A DNA stretch of 64,000 bases from the NCBI GenBank assembly GCA_038057075.1, contig JBBUDV010000006.1, forward strand, positions 2,216-66,215, written 5' to 3'. Both the position numbers and the translations under genes were made by a program. Under the pieces are notes generated by a model. It saw only the letters and a list, made by a program, of their open reading frames with translations. It had not been told where the DNA came from and searched no databases. The DNA is from Patescibacteria group bacterium. Its GTDB lineage: Bacteria; Patescibacteriota; Minisyncoccia; UBA6257; UBA9933. Numbering within the stretch: the stretch's first letter is position 1; each line of letters begins with the position of its first letter. Shown here in pieces: positions 37,510-47,144 of this stretch.

Positions 37510-38544
37510 TTAATTAATGTCCAACGGCTTCAATGGCAATGTGAATAAATGGGAATAATTATCAATGTTTTCCGCGATAATGCCCGTGCCCCGCACAACC
37601 GCGGTCAAAGGGTCGTCAACCACCGTCACAGACACCGCAATTTCTTTTTCAATCAACTCGTCAAGCCCCCTAAGCAAACTTCCGCCACCGCAAAGAAAAA
37701 TTCCCTTTTCAAGAATGTCGCCAACCAATTCGGGCGGCGTTTTTTCAATGATTTCCTTTATGGAATCAGTCACTAAACGCAATGATTTTGAAATCGCGGC
37801 TCTCACTTGAGTATTTTTTAAAATAATTTCCTTGGGCAAACCGGTGGTCATTTCCCTGCCTCTGACGGCGATTTCCAGTTTTTCATCAAGCGGAATGGCC
37901 GAACCCACCGCTTTTTTTACTTCTTCGGCGGTCGGTTCGCCAATAACAAGCTTGAATTCGTCTCTCATAAATTTAACGATATCGTCGTTAAATTTGTCGC
38001 CCGCGATTTTCAAACTCTTGGAGATAACGGTTCCGTTCATTGAAATGACGGCTATATCCGTTGTTCCGCCGCCGATGTCAACCAACATCGTCGCTGACGC
38101 TTCTTCAATCGGAAGCCGCGCGCCCAAAGCCGCTGCCAGCGGTTCTTCAATAAGATAGGCCCTGGTTGCTCCCGCGGTTATAACCGCATCCTCAACGGAT
38201 TTTCTTTCCACCTCGGTCAAATTCGGCGGAATGCCGATTACAGCGCGATAATAATTAAAAACGCCTCTGCTGTTTGTTTTTTTTAAAAAATAGCGTATCA
38301 ATTCCTGGGTCATCTCAAAATCCGAAATAACGCCATTGATAAGCGGCTTTATGACGGAAATATGAGCCGGGGTCCTGCCAATCATTTTTTTGGCTTCATG
38401 TCCGATAGCCACAATCTGACCGGTCTTATTATTGATAGCGACGACTGACGGCTCGTCCGCCATAATTCCTTTTTCCTTAATATATAAAAGAGAATTGGCC
38501 GTGCCCAAATCAAGTCCCACGTCTTTTTTGAAATAATTGAACAT
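37510..38544 (-). CDS. mreB: Rod shape-determining protein MreB
   Basis: Actin-fold motifs: VGLDLGTANS..., DIGGGTTD. Confidence 0.9.
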   Translation of the reverse strand: MFNYFKKDVGLDLGTANSLLYIKEKGIMADEPSVVAINNKTGQIVAIGHEAKKMIGRTPAHISVIKPLINGVISDFEMTQELIRYFLKKTNSRGVFNYYRAVIGIPPNLTEVERKSVEDAVITAGATRAYLIEEPLAAALGARLPIEEASATMLVDIGGGTTDIAVISMNGTVISKSLKIAGDKFNDDIVKFMRDEFKLVIGEPTAEEVKKAVGSAIPLDEKLEIAVRGREMTTGLPKEIILKNTQVRAAISKSLRLVTDSIKEIIEKTPPELVGDILEKGIFLCGGGSLLRGLDELIEKEIAVSVTVVDDPLTAVVRGTGIIAENIDNYSHLFTLPLKPLDIN

Positions 38545-38561
38545 AAAATGGTACTTGGTAA

Positions 38562-39809
38562 TTAGAAATTGGTAATTGTTTTAATTAATTCCTTTCCGCT
38601 CACTAATTTAATTTTTTCTTCGTTTCTCTTTTTAATTTCTATTTTCTCTCCGGTTTTTTCGCTGATTACCGCCCTTAACGGAATGCCGATTAAATCGCTG
38701 TCCGCGAATTTTTCGCCCGCGCTCGTTTCCTTTCTGTCATCATATAATACTTCAATTCCCGATTTTTTCAAATCAACATAAACTTCTTCGGCAAACCCCG
38801 AGACCTTTTCATTTTCCGGCTTAAGATTTATAAGATGAATATGAAACGGCGCCACGGACTCGGGCCAAATAACGCCTTTATCGTCATGATAAACCTCGGC
38901 GATGGTTCCCATAATTCGGTTAAGCCCGATGCCGTAACAGCCCATTATAACGTCCTGTTCTTTTCCATCCGCGTCTTTATAAACAAGATTAAACGGTTTT
39001 GAATATTTAGTTTTGAGTTTAAAAATGTTCCCGACTTCAATCGCCCGCTTTTCCTTTAAATTTTTATTGCCGCATTGCGGACAAACATTTTGTTCATTAA
39101 TAATTTCTTTATTAACCGCAACCCCGCATTTTTCGCAAAGATAAATCGTATCTTCTCCGGTTTCCGCCAATGTTTGAAATTCATGAGAATATTTTGAAAA
39201 ACTTCCTCCGGACGCATACGTTAAATGTGTCAAATCGCCCAAACCGAGTTTCTTAAAAATCCTTTCATACGCCTTGCTCGCTCTTTCATAATATTCTTCC
39301 ATATCCTTTTCGTCCCTGTGAAACGAATAAAGGTCTTTCATAAAAAACTCCCTGCCTCTTAAAAGGCCTGATTTTGCCCTTTTTTCGTCCCTAAATTTGT
39401 TCTGAATTTGAAAAACCGCGGTCGGCAAATCCTTATAGGAAAATATGAATTTTTTAAGCAATGGAGCCGCTATTTCTTCATGAGTCGGCCCGAGCGCGTA
39501 ATCAATTTTTGAATAAAAACTGGTGAATTTAAAAAGTGAATCATAGGTTTTCCACCTTTCGGTCTGTTCCCAATTGCTTTTTGGCTGAAGAGACGGCATC
39601 AAAATTTCCTGCGCGCCCAAGTCCGCCATTTCCTCGCGGATGATATTTTCTATTTTTTTAAAAACCCTGAAGCCAAGAGGTAAAAACGTGTAAACGCCGG
39701 CCATTAATTTATCCACAAATCCGCCGCGAATTAAAAGCTGGGCGTTTATTGCCTCCTCGTCTTTCGGCGCCTCGCGTCTGGTTTTAGTAAAAAGTTGTGA
39801 TTGACGCAT
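38562..39809 (-). CDS. proS: Proline--tRNA ligase, short bacterial form lacking the INS editing domain
   Basis: Class II aaRS motifs. 415 aa with a CxxC...CxxC zinc-ribbon insert. Confidence 0.8.
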   Translation of the reverse strand: MRQSQLFTKTRREAPKDEEAINAQLLIRGGFVDKLMAGVYTFLPLGFRVFKKIENIIREEMADLGAQEILMPSLQPKSNWEQTERWKTYDSLFKFTSFYSKIDYALGPTHEEIAAPLLKKFIFSYKDLPTAVFQIQNKFRDEKRAKSGLLRGREFFMKDLYSFHRDEKDMEEYYERASKAYERIFKKLGLGDLTHLTYASGGSFSKYSHEFQTLAETGEDTIYLCEKCGVAVNKEIINEQNVCPQCGNKNLKEKRAIEVGNIFKLKTKYSKPFNLVYKDADGKEQDVIMGCYGIGLNRIMGTIAEVYHDDKGVIWPESVAPFHIHLINLKPENEKVSGFAEEVYVDLKKSGIEVLYDDRKETSAGEKFADSDLIGIPLRAVISEKTGEKIEIKKRNEEKIKLVSGKELIKTITNF

Positions 39810-39833
39810 GTTTAAAAACTAATAATTTTTTTG

Positions 39834-39905
39834 TGCCTCAGAATGGAGTCGAACCATTGTTTGAGCGTTATGAGTGCTCTGTTCTAACCGTTGAACTACA
39901 GAGGC
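39834..39905 (-). tRNA. tRNA-Met (CAT), elongator or Ile2-type
   Basis: Anticodon loop CTCATAA, T-loop TTCGACT. One acceptor-stem mismatch; CCA not encoded. Confidence 0.65.
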
Positions 39906-40013
39906 AGCTACGCCGACTTTCATTTATTAAGTATAACCCAACCTGTTTTGATTTTTCAAGAAAATAAAAAATTAAACTCTTTACTAATAAGTGATTATCA
40001 TTTAATATATACC

Positions 40014-40085
40014 CGCGGGGTAGAGCATCGGTAGCTCGCAAGGCTCATAACCTTGAGGCAGTAGGTTCAATTCCTACCCCCGCAA
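40014..40085 (+). tRNA. Initiator tRNA-fMet (CAT)
   Basis: CGCGGGG...CCCCGCAA closely matches E. coli tRNAfMet, including the C1:A72 mismatch. Confidence 0.8.
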
Positions 40086-40087
40086 CA

Positions 40088-40543
40088 ATGGATAATAGAG
40101 AAAAAATCTCCAAACTCATAGAAATCGCAAAAGGTTTAATCGGAACTCCCTATAAATACGGCGCTTATCTGGAACAAAATAATGGGGCGTTGGCATTTGA
40201 TTGTTCCTCTTTTGTCCAACACGTTTTTAAGCAAATAGAAATTGAACTCCCCCGCTCTTCAGTTCTTCAAGCCGTTGCTCCAGGCCAAGAAATAAAAAAT
40301 TTGGAACTAGCCAAACCGGCTGATTTGATATTTTTTGAAGGAAATCGCGGCCATTACAGACATGATTTATTCCCAAATAGAAAAATTTATATTGGCCATC
40401 TGGGAATTTATCTCGGCAATGACGAAATAATACATGCCACTAATAACAGCAGCGCCTCCGGCGTGGTTATTCAAAAAATTTCAGAGCTTCAAAAAGAATT
40501 CCCCGAAGCGTATAAAATAGTGATGATAAAAAGATTTATATAG
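40088..40543 (+). CDS. NlpC/P60 (C40) family peptidase
   Basis: FDCSSFVQHVF with downstream His residues. The ATG starts 2 nt after the tRNA-fMet 3' end. Confidence 0.7.
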   Translation: MDNREKISKLIEIAKGLIGTPYKYGAYLEQNNGALAFDCSSFVQHVFKQIEIELPRSSVLQAVAPGQEIKNLELAKPADLIFFEGNRGHYRHDLFPNRKIYIGHLGIYLGNDEIIHATNNSSASGVVIQKISELQKEFPEAYKIVMIKRFI

Positions 40544-40548
40544 CAAGC

Positions 40549-40587
40549 AAAACACTGATATACTTAAGTATATCAGTGTTTTTTAAT
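40549..40587 (+). terminator. Rho-independent terminator
   Basis: acactgatatac ttaa gtatatcagtgt followed by tttttt. Confidence 0.7.
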
Positions 40588-40639
40588 ATTTCCCGCGCTA
40601 TCTTTAAAGATAGCAAAGATAATTTGATTCTTTATAAAA

Positions 40640-40966
40640 TAAAAGACCCCTGCCAAACTCCGTTGGCAGGGGTACGCCTTGTGTTCTTCGCGGCCACTGG
40701 CGCTGTAGTGGCCACGTATATCCCTGTTTCTCTATCCCCAAAACCGGGAATCGTTTATGAGGGGACAGCCAGCTGTTAACATACTGCTTCGTTTGGCCCG
40801 CTGTGACGACCATCCAAAATCTTAAAACAATTAATTTTTAAAGTGCTTTATTATCGTCCTGTACCCCGTAGGCTATGAAAGACGACAACCATCAACTCTA
40901 ACCCTTAAGTATCAAACGCTTCTTTTTAAGGGGGCGTTTTTAAGGACTTCATTAGGTGATGTTAAC
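40640..40966 (-). ncRNA. Candidate ~325-nt structured ncRNA of unknown class
   Basis: Minus-strand sigma70-like promoter (TTGACT-17-TATATT around 40970-40998) and a minus-strand intrinsic terminator at 40645-40672 (cccctgcc...ggcagggg + UCUUUUAUUUU) bracket a GC-rich hairpin-dense region. The only ORF here is a dubious 69 aa ORF that reads through the terminator. Confidence 0.35.
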
Positions 40967-41068
40967 AATAATATAACAAACTTCAAATTAAAAGTCAATA
41001 GCTGAAAAACAAGGTAAATTCAGCTTATTTTTCTTGATTTTAAAGGTCTTCTTTGATACCTTTACAAA

Positions 41069-42532
41069 ATGGCGCAAAATCAGGGAAAAAACTTAATAAC
41101 CCGCCCGCCGATTGTCGTTGTAATGGGCCATGTTGACCACGGAAAAACCACTTTATTGGACAACATTAAGAAAACAAATTTGGCCGCTAAAGAAGCCGGC
41201 GGAATTACGCAATCAATCGGAGCTTATGAAATTAAACACGAGGGTAAAAAAATTACCTTTATAGATACTCCCGGACACGAGGCGTTTTCAAAAATGCGAG
41301 CCCGCGGAGCCAAAATCGCGGACTTGGCAATTTTGGTCGTGGCCGCTGATGATAGCGTTCAACCGCAGACAAAAGAATCAATCAATATCTTAAACGAAAC
41401 AAAAACGCCGTTTATCGTTGCAATAAATAAAATAGACAAACCCAACGCCGATATTGAAAAAACCAAAAACGATTTGATGCAAAATAACGTTTTTTTGGAA
41501 GGCGCGGGCGGCAACGTGTCTTGGCATAAAATTTCCGCCAAAAGCGGAGAAGGCATTAACGAACTTTTAGATTTAATTTTATTGGCCGCGGAATTGGAAA
41601 ATTTGACTTACGACCCCGATGTTTCGGCAAAAGGAATTATTATTGAAGCCAAACTGGACAGCCGTAGAGGCATTACCGCCTCGGCGATAATTGAAAACGG
41701 CATTTTAAAAGTCGGAAACCACATTGCGACTAAAACCGCCTGCGGAAAGATAAAGTCCTTGGGAAACTTCATTGGAGAACCGGTAAGCCAGCTTGAACCC
41801 TCGGCTCCGGCCTTGATTTTGGGTTTTGAAACATTGCCCGAAATCGGCGAAGAATTCATGACGGGAGAAATCGCGCTTTCCAAAACTGAAACTAAAAAAG
41901 AAATCACAATCCGGCCCAAAGCCGAAATTAAAACAAAAGAAACCAGGCCTCAATTGAATCTCATTATTAAAGCGGACGTAAGCGGCTCTTTGGAAGCGTT
42001 AAGCGGAATCGTCAAAAACCTTAATCAAGAAAAAATCAAAATTAACGTTCTGGAAGAACAAGTCGGCGAAATCACCGATGGCGACGTAAAATCCGCCGGC
42101 GACAATAACTCCATAATAATCGGCTTTAACGTCAAAACAACCAAAGCCGCTGAAAATCTGGCTCGCGCCCGAGAAATAAAAATCGTCACCAGTAAAATCA
42201 TCTATGAAATTATTCAAATGATTGAAAAAGAAATGGAAGCGATTGAAAAACCGGCGCCTTTGGCCGAGATAGAAATTCTTTCAATTTTCAGCCAAAAAGA
42301 CAAAAAACAATTAGTTGGCGGAAAAGTCGCAAGCGGAACGCTTAAAAAGAACATATCAGTTAAAATTTTAAGGCAGAATGAAGAAATCGGCTCCGGCAAA
42401 ATAACCAGCTTAAAATCGTTTAAGCAGGAAGTTAATCAAATCCTTTCGCCTAACGAAGGCGGCATTATGATTGAATCGGTAACAATAATAATTGTCGGCG
42501 ACCGCTTAATTGTTGAAGCTCCTAAAAAATAA
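41069..42532 (+). CDS. infB: Translation initiation factor IF-2, short form
   Basis: [25 protein letters not shown]-domain motifs. Confidence 0.9.
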   Translation: MAQNQGKNLITRPPIVVVMGHVDHGKTTLLDNIKKTNLAAKEAGGITQSIGAYEIKHEGKKITFIDTPGHEAFSKMRARGAKIADLAILVVAADDSVQPQTKESINILNETKTPFIVAINKIDKPNADIEKTKNDLMQNNVFLEGAGGNVSWHKISAKSGEGINELLDLILLAAELENLTYDPDVSAKGIIIEAKLDSRRGITASAIIENGILKVGNHIATKTACGKIKSLGNFIGEPVSQLEPSAPALILGFETLPEIGEEFMTGEIALSKTETKKEITIRPKAEIKTKETRPQLNLIIKADVSGSLEALSGIVKNLNQEKIKINVLEEQVGEITDGDVKSAGDNNSIIIGFNVKTTKAAENLARAREIKIVTSKIIYEIIQMIEKEMEAIEKPAPLAEIEILSIFSQKDKKQLVGGKVASGTLKKNISVKILRQNEEIGSGKITSLKSFKQEVNQILSPNEGGIMIESVTIIIVGDRLIVEAPKK

Positions 42533-42535
42533 CCA

Positions 42536-42877
42536 ATGAAGCAACGCAAGGAACGCCTTAACAGTTTAATACGCGAGGAATTGGCGAAAATAATAATAAA
42601 AGAATTGGAATTCCCAAACGCGTTGGTAACCATAACAGAGGTTGAGACCTCAAATGATTTTGAAATCGCCATTGTAAATTTCAGCGTCATCCCCTTTGAA
42701 AAAAGCGAAGAAGTTTTAAAGGAGCTCAACGCCAAGCATAATTATCTTTATCACCTTTTAAGAAAAAAAATTAGAATTAATATGCTCCCGAATATAAGAT
42801 TTAAAATTGATACGGGAATAGCCCAGGCCGCCAAAATAGAAAAGATTTTAATAGAAGAAGAAAACAAACACAAATAA
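42536..42877 (+). CDS. rbfA: Ribosome-binding factor A
   Basis: 113 aa RbfA-like sequence immediately after infB. Confidence 0.75.
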   Translation: MKQRKERLNSLIREELAKIIIKELEFPNALVTITEVETSNDFEIAIVNFSVIPFEKSEEVLKELNAKHNYLYHLLRKKIRINMLPNIRFKIDTGIAQAAKIEKILIEEENKHK

Positions 42878-42908
42878 AAAACATCCTGAAAAGGATGTTT
42901 TTTATTTG
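42878..42908. terminator. Bidirectional terminator
   Basis: aaaaaacatcctgaaaaggatgttttttattt. Confidence 0.7.
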
Positions 42909-42910
42909 TG

Positions 42911-42998
42911 TGGTGCCCGGGGTGGGAGTCGAACCCACATGTCCTTGCGAACAAAGGATTTTAAGTCCTTCGCGTATAACCAGTTCCGCCACCCGGGC
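42911..42998 (-). tRNA. tRNA-Leu (TAA)
   Basis: GCCCGGG acceptor stem, anticodon loop CTTAAAA, long variable arm, encoded CCA. Confidence 0.85.
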
Positions 42999-43007
42999 AA
43001 AAATACG

Positions 43008-43079
43008 AGGCCTGGGGGAGAATCGAACTCCCGCATAAGGGTTTTGCAGACCCTCGCTTTACCACTTAGCAACCAGGCC
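43008..43079 (-). tRNA. tRNA-Cys (GCA)
   Basis: GGCCTGG acceptor stem, anticodon loop CTGCAAA, U73 discriminator. Confidence 0.8.
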
Positions 43080-43118
43080 GATTTAATAAAATATAATAAA
43101 AAATCAATAAAATCGCAA

Positions 43119-43577
43119 CTATTTTATCACCCAAATCGCGGCTAAAACAACCACAATCTGGCTGGCATATCCAATCCATTTATGAATACTCATCTTTCTG
43201 AAAAAATGAAGCGCGGTATGATATTTATAAAGCGTTTTTAAAAATCGGAAATTAAAAACAAAACCCAGAAAACTGAAAATGTCCGGCAAAATCCCAAAAA
43301 ACATTCCAGTCAAAATATAACTCACATCAGTATAATTTTTAGTTAAAAAAATAATCATTAAAAATCCAAGCGAAAAATCAACGCCGATCTTAGCCAAATC
43401 AAAAAACAACTTTCTCCTGCCTTTGATTTTACGCTTTAAAGCCGGAATATCGTATTCCGCGTGAGGAATAACGTCTAAAATAAAATGGCTTATCAAAGCC
43501 AAAACAGCCGCGAGCCAATAATTATCAGTTTGTGAGCCGATTGCGGCTCCGGCCAAAAGATGGGGGGTTATTATCAT
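43119..43577 (-). CDS. Membrane-bound metal-dependent hydrolase-like protein (DUF457-like), paralog of 1201-1743
   Basis: HFILDVIPHAEYD; polytopic. Confidence 0.4.
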   Translation of the reverse strand: MIITPHLLAGAAIGSQTDNYWLAAVLALISHFILDVIPHAEYDIPALKRKIKGRRKLFFDLAKIGVDFSLGFLMIIFLTKNYTDVSYILTGMFFGILPDIFSFLGFVFNFRFLKTLYKYHTALHFFRKMSIHKWIGYASQIVVVLAAIWVIK

Positions 43578-43580
43578 GCC

Positions 43581-43723
43581 AATGTTGTAATAATTTTATG
43601 AAGCTCAATGCTGAAATAAAATTATTTTACAACATTGAGCACCCAGCACCTATTTTATTTAAAATAGGTGCTGGGTTAAGGTTTTGTAGATGAATTTTCT
43701 GCGGCTGTCGCCTTGAAAATTCA
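43581..43723. other. Array of three consecutive hairpins between the pheT stop and the next gene
   Basis: Imperfect palindrome 43581-43637; perfect palindrome cccagcacctattttatttaaaataggtgctggg 43642-43675; atgaattttc...gaaaattcat 43690-43723. Confidence 0.5.
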
Positions 43724-43734
43724 TACAAAGCCCT

Positions 43735-45771
43735 TTATCTGATGTCCGCTCCAAATTCATTTCTCAAAACTGCTTCTATCTTTACCATTTCATTATTAAC
43801 TTCTTTATCCGTCAAAGTTTTGTCCGGCGCCTGAAAAACAATTCTGAAAGTCAAACTCCTTTTATCGTTGATTTTTTCCCCCTCGTATTCGTCCATCAAA
43901 TCAACGTCGTCAATATGTTTCAAATCGGCAGTTTGTATTGATTGAATTATATTCCCCACTTTAGCCGTTTTATCAACCAAAATTGAAATGTCGCGCATCA
44001 TTGAAGGATATTTTGAGAGAGGCAAATACTCATGTTCGCCTTCAACAAGTTTCAGCAACCCTTCCAAATCAAACTCCGCAACCGCGATTTTCCAATCAGC
44101 CAAATCCCCCGATGATTTTAACTTGCCCAAATATCCGATTTGTTTTTCTTTGGATTCAATCTTTAAAATCTCGCCCTGTTTCAAATATCCCTCCGTAAAA
44201 TCCTTTATCCAATCGGAATCACTTATTTCCAAAAAATCAAAATCAACCAAACCGACTCTTTTAAATAATTCCGCGAGAACGCCTTTTAATTCAAATAATT
44301 TTTCTTCCGTCTTTGAAGCCAAAACTATTCCCGCGGAAAAAAGTTCGTTTATCTTGTTTGATTCCCCTGATTTGAAAAATACTTTCCCCAATTCAAAAAT
44401 CCGGATTTCGCCAAAAAATCTGCCGTTATCATCAATGTTTTTAATAAGATTGACTGCCAGATTGGGCCTTAAATACTCATATTCCTTGCTTATCGGATTT
44501 TCCAATTCAACCAGACGATAATTTTTGGCCTTAAAAAAATTATTTGCGGGCGTAAAAGAATGATTATAAACTTCGTTTAATCCCAAACCGGCCAAAACTT
44601 TTCTTATCTTGTCTTTTAAAACAATTTTATCCTCAAAACCGGAAGAAACAATATGGAGGCGCGGCGCTCTGGCTTTTAATTTGTTATACCCGTAAAGACG
44701 GACAACTTCTTCAAATAAATCCTCCGGATTTTTAATATCAGTTCTTACGGCGGGCGCCTTGACCAAAAAATCGGAATTGGCCAATGTCTTAATTATTTTA
44801 AAATCCAAAAGTTCCAAATATTTTCGGATTGTTTTTAAACCAAAATCAGCGCCGATAAATTTGTTGAATTTTTCAACTTCAAATTTCAAAATTTTCGCCG
44901 GCTGTTTTTTGGAATAAACGTCTATTAAAACTCCTTCCGCGGCTCCGCATAATTCTTTAAGCAGTTCCCCTGCTCTGATAAGCCCATTTTTGGCGAGTTC
45001 AGGACTTATCCCTCTGGAAAATCTCATTGAGGCATCGGTTATAAGCCCTAATTTTCTTGAACCTGAATAGATATTGGCGGAATCAAAATTGGCCGATTCC
45101 ACCACAATTCTTTTTGTATTCATTCCGACTTCAGCCAGCTTGCCGCCTTTAATTCCCGCGATCGCCAACGATTTTTTCTCGTCAGCTATCACTAAAATAT
45201 CTTTATTTAGATTAATATGCTGATTGTCCAAAGTCGTGATTTTCTCCCCGCCTTTCGCCTTTCGCGCGACAATTTTCTTTATCCCCGACTTCTTATCTTT
45301 AACGCCTAATTTATCGTAGTCAAACGCGTGTATGGGCTGGCCAGTTTCAAGCATCGCATAATTCATAATATCCACTATCGTATTAATAGGCCGCATTCCG
45401 CAATTAATTAAAATGTTTTTCATCCACACGGGCGTCTTTTTCATCTTGCCCAAATCAAAATATTGAGCCATATATCTGGAACACAATTTTTTGTCTTTAA
45501 TCTCAACTCTGAAATTCGCTTTTGCCCTGGTTTTATGTTTCTGAATTTCCGATAAATTGTATTTGAATTTCCTGCCTAAAGCCGCGGAAATTTCCCGCGC
45601 AAGCCCGATATGGCCGGCGGCGTCATACCTGTTTGGCGGAAGTTTTATATCAATCGCATTGCCCTTAAAACTATCAATTTCAAAAGCGTAAAGAGCCAAC
45701 TTTTCAGAAAGCTCTTTTTTACCTTTTATCTGCGGAACTAATTTTTTTAATAATTTATAGCTGAATTTCAT
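43735..45771 (-). CDS. pheT: Phenylalanine--tRNA ligase beta subunit (short form)
   Basis: B3/B4 and B5 domains, C-terminal FDX-ACB-like region; sits downstream of pheS. Confidence 0.85.
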   Translation of the reverse strand: MKFSYKLLKKLVPQIKGKKELSEKLALYAFEIDSFKGNAIDIKLPPNRYDAAGHIGLAREISAALGRKFKYNLSEIQKHKTRAKANFRVEIKDKKLCSRYMAQYFDLGKMKKTPVWMKNILINCGMRPINTIVDIMNYAMLETGQPIHAFDYDKLGVKDKKSGIKKIVARKAKGGEKITTLDNQHINLNKDILVIADEKKSLAIAGIKGGKLAEVGMNTKRIVVESANFDSANIYSGSRKLGLITDASMRFSRGISPELAKNGLIRAGELLKELCGAAEGVLIDVYSKKQPAKILKFEVEKFNKFIGADFGLKTIRKYLELLDFKIIKTLANSDFLVKAPAVRTDIKNPEDLFEEVVRLYGYNKLKARAPRLHIVSSGFEDKIVLKDKIRKVLAGLGLNEVYNHSFTPANNFFKAKNYRLVELENPISKEYEYLRPNLAVNLIKNIDDNGRFFGEIRIFELGKVFFKSGESNKINELFSAGIVLASKTEEKLFELKGVLAELFKRVGLVDFDFLEISDSDWIKDFTEGYLKQGEILKIESKEKQIGYLGKLKSSGDLADWKIAVAEFDLEGLLKLVEGEHEYLPLSKYPSMMRDISILVDKTAKVGNIIQSIQTADLKHIDDVDLMDEYEGEKINDKRSLTFRIVFQAPDKTLTDKEVNNEMVKIEAVLRNEFGADIR

Positions 45772-45899
45772 CCCTCACCCTTCAAATATTTATTTTATAA
45801 ATTTATTAAAATTTATAAAATGGAATAATTGAAGTTTTAATTTATTATCATTTTTTACCCCCTGCCTTTTAAATTTTTTTATCTTTGAAGGGTGAGGGA
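45771..45899. mobile_element. IR-D family element copy 2, filling the pheS-pheT intergenic gap
   Basis: tccctcacccttcaaata (45771-45788) and tctttgaagggtgaggga (45882-45899), 17 of 18 complementary. The arms abut the pheT start codon and the pheS stop codon. Confidence 0.55.
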
Positions 45900-46895
45900 T
45901 TAAAATTGTTTGATAAATCTTAAATCACCCGAATAAAACAATCTGATGTCCGGAATTTTGTATTTAATCATCGCCAAACGGTCTATGCCCATCCCAAAGG
46001 CAAACCCCTGCCATTCGTTCGAATTGTATCTTACCGCGTCAAAAACGTTTCTATGCACCATGCCCGCTCCCATCACTTCCAGCCAACCGCCTTTATCCAG
46101 TTTAATATCAACCTCAACCCCCGGTTCAACGAATGGAAAATAACTCGGCCTAAACCGAAATTCTATTTTTTGCCCCTTAAAAAACTTTTTGAAAAATTCT
46201 TCAATGACAAATTTGAAATTTGCCAGCGAAACATCTTTGCCAACCATTAAACCCTCCAACTGATAAAAATTTATTTCATGGGAAGCATCAGTCGCTTCAT
46301 ATCTAAAAACCCTTCCCGGCGCGATTATCTGAAAAGGCGGATTATACTTTTCCATATATCTTATTTGAACCGGGCTGGTGTGAGTTCTTAAAAGCAGTCG
46401 GTTTTTGGTTTTCGCCTGCTTAAGCCAAAAAGTATCCCACATTTCCCGCGACGGATGATTTTGCGGAATATTTAACGCGTCAAAATTATATTGCTCATTC
46501 TCAACTTCCGGACCTTCAACAATGGAAAAATTCATTGAAGAAAATATCTGATTCATTTCATCTTCAACTTTCGCCAATATATGAATATGGCCTGATTCAA
46601 TTTTTTTAGCCGGCTTGGTGATATCCAAAACCGGCGCCATTAATGAACGCCTGTAATTAAGGTCGTCAATTTTTTCCTGAACCAAATCCTGAATTTCCTT
46701 TCTTATGGCATTTGCCTTGGCGCCGATTTCGCGGCGCTCTTCAACGGATAAATTCTTGAGCGAGCCCAAAATTTCGGTTAATTCGCTTTTCCTGCCCAGA
46801 TACTTAACGCGAATTTTTCCAAAATCCTTAAAATTTCTGATTTCGTCAATTTCTTTTATAAATTCCTGCCGGATTTTTTGAAGCTTTTCAATCAT
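45900..46895 (-). CDS. pheS: Phenylalanine--tRNA ligase alpha subunit
   Basis: Class II motifs 1-3 (FRYEATDASHE...GMGIDRLAM). Confidence 0.9.
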   Translation of the reverse strand: MIEKLQKIRQEFIKEIDEIRNFKDFGKIRVKYLGRKSELTEILGSLKNLSVEERREIGAKANAIRKEIQDLVQEKIDDLNYRRSLMAPVLDITKPAKKIESGHIHILAKVEDEMNQIFSSMNFSIVEGPEVENEQYNFDALNIPQNHPSREMWDTFWLKQAKTKNRLLLRTHTSPVQIRYMEKYNPPFQIIAPGRVFRYEATDASHEINFYQLEGLMVGKDVSLANFKFVIEEFFKKFFKGQKIEFRFRPSYFPFVEPGVEVDIKLDKGGWLEVMGAGMVHRNVFDAVRYNSNEWQGFAFGMGIDRLAMIKYKIPDIRLFYSGDLRFIKQF

Positions 46896-47017
46896 TAAAT
46901 AAAATTATAATCCATTTATTTTTAATGTTCAATCTTGATAAATTGCCGTAATGCGTTATATTTTAAGAAGTTGATTATAAATTATCTGTTATAGGTTATT
47001 AGTTATTAGTTTATCCT

Positions 47018-47105
47018 GGAGGGTTCGCATAGTGGTCTAGTGCGTCCGCTTGGAAAGCGGATATGCCGAAAGGCATCACAGGTTCAAATCCTGTACCCTC
47101 CGCCA
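47018..47105 (+). tRNA. tRNA-Ser (GGA)
   Basis: GGAGGGT acceptor stem, anticodon loop TTGGAAA, long variable arm, encoded CCA. Confidence 0.85.
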
Positions 47106-47134
47106 ATAAAATCCGCCCATAAGGCGGATTTTAC
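47106..47134. terminator. Terminator hairpin after tRNA-Ser
   Basis: aaatccgcc cataa ggcggatttt. Confidence 0.6.
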
Positions 47135-47144
47135 ATGTTGATTC

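Noticed and set aside
40604-40813. 69-aa ORF on the minus strand upstream of infB
   Set aside because: It reads straight through a strong intrinsic terminator hairpin and has no ribosome-binding site. It lies within the candidate ncRNA.
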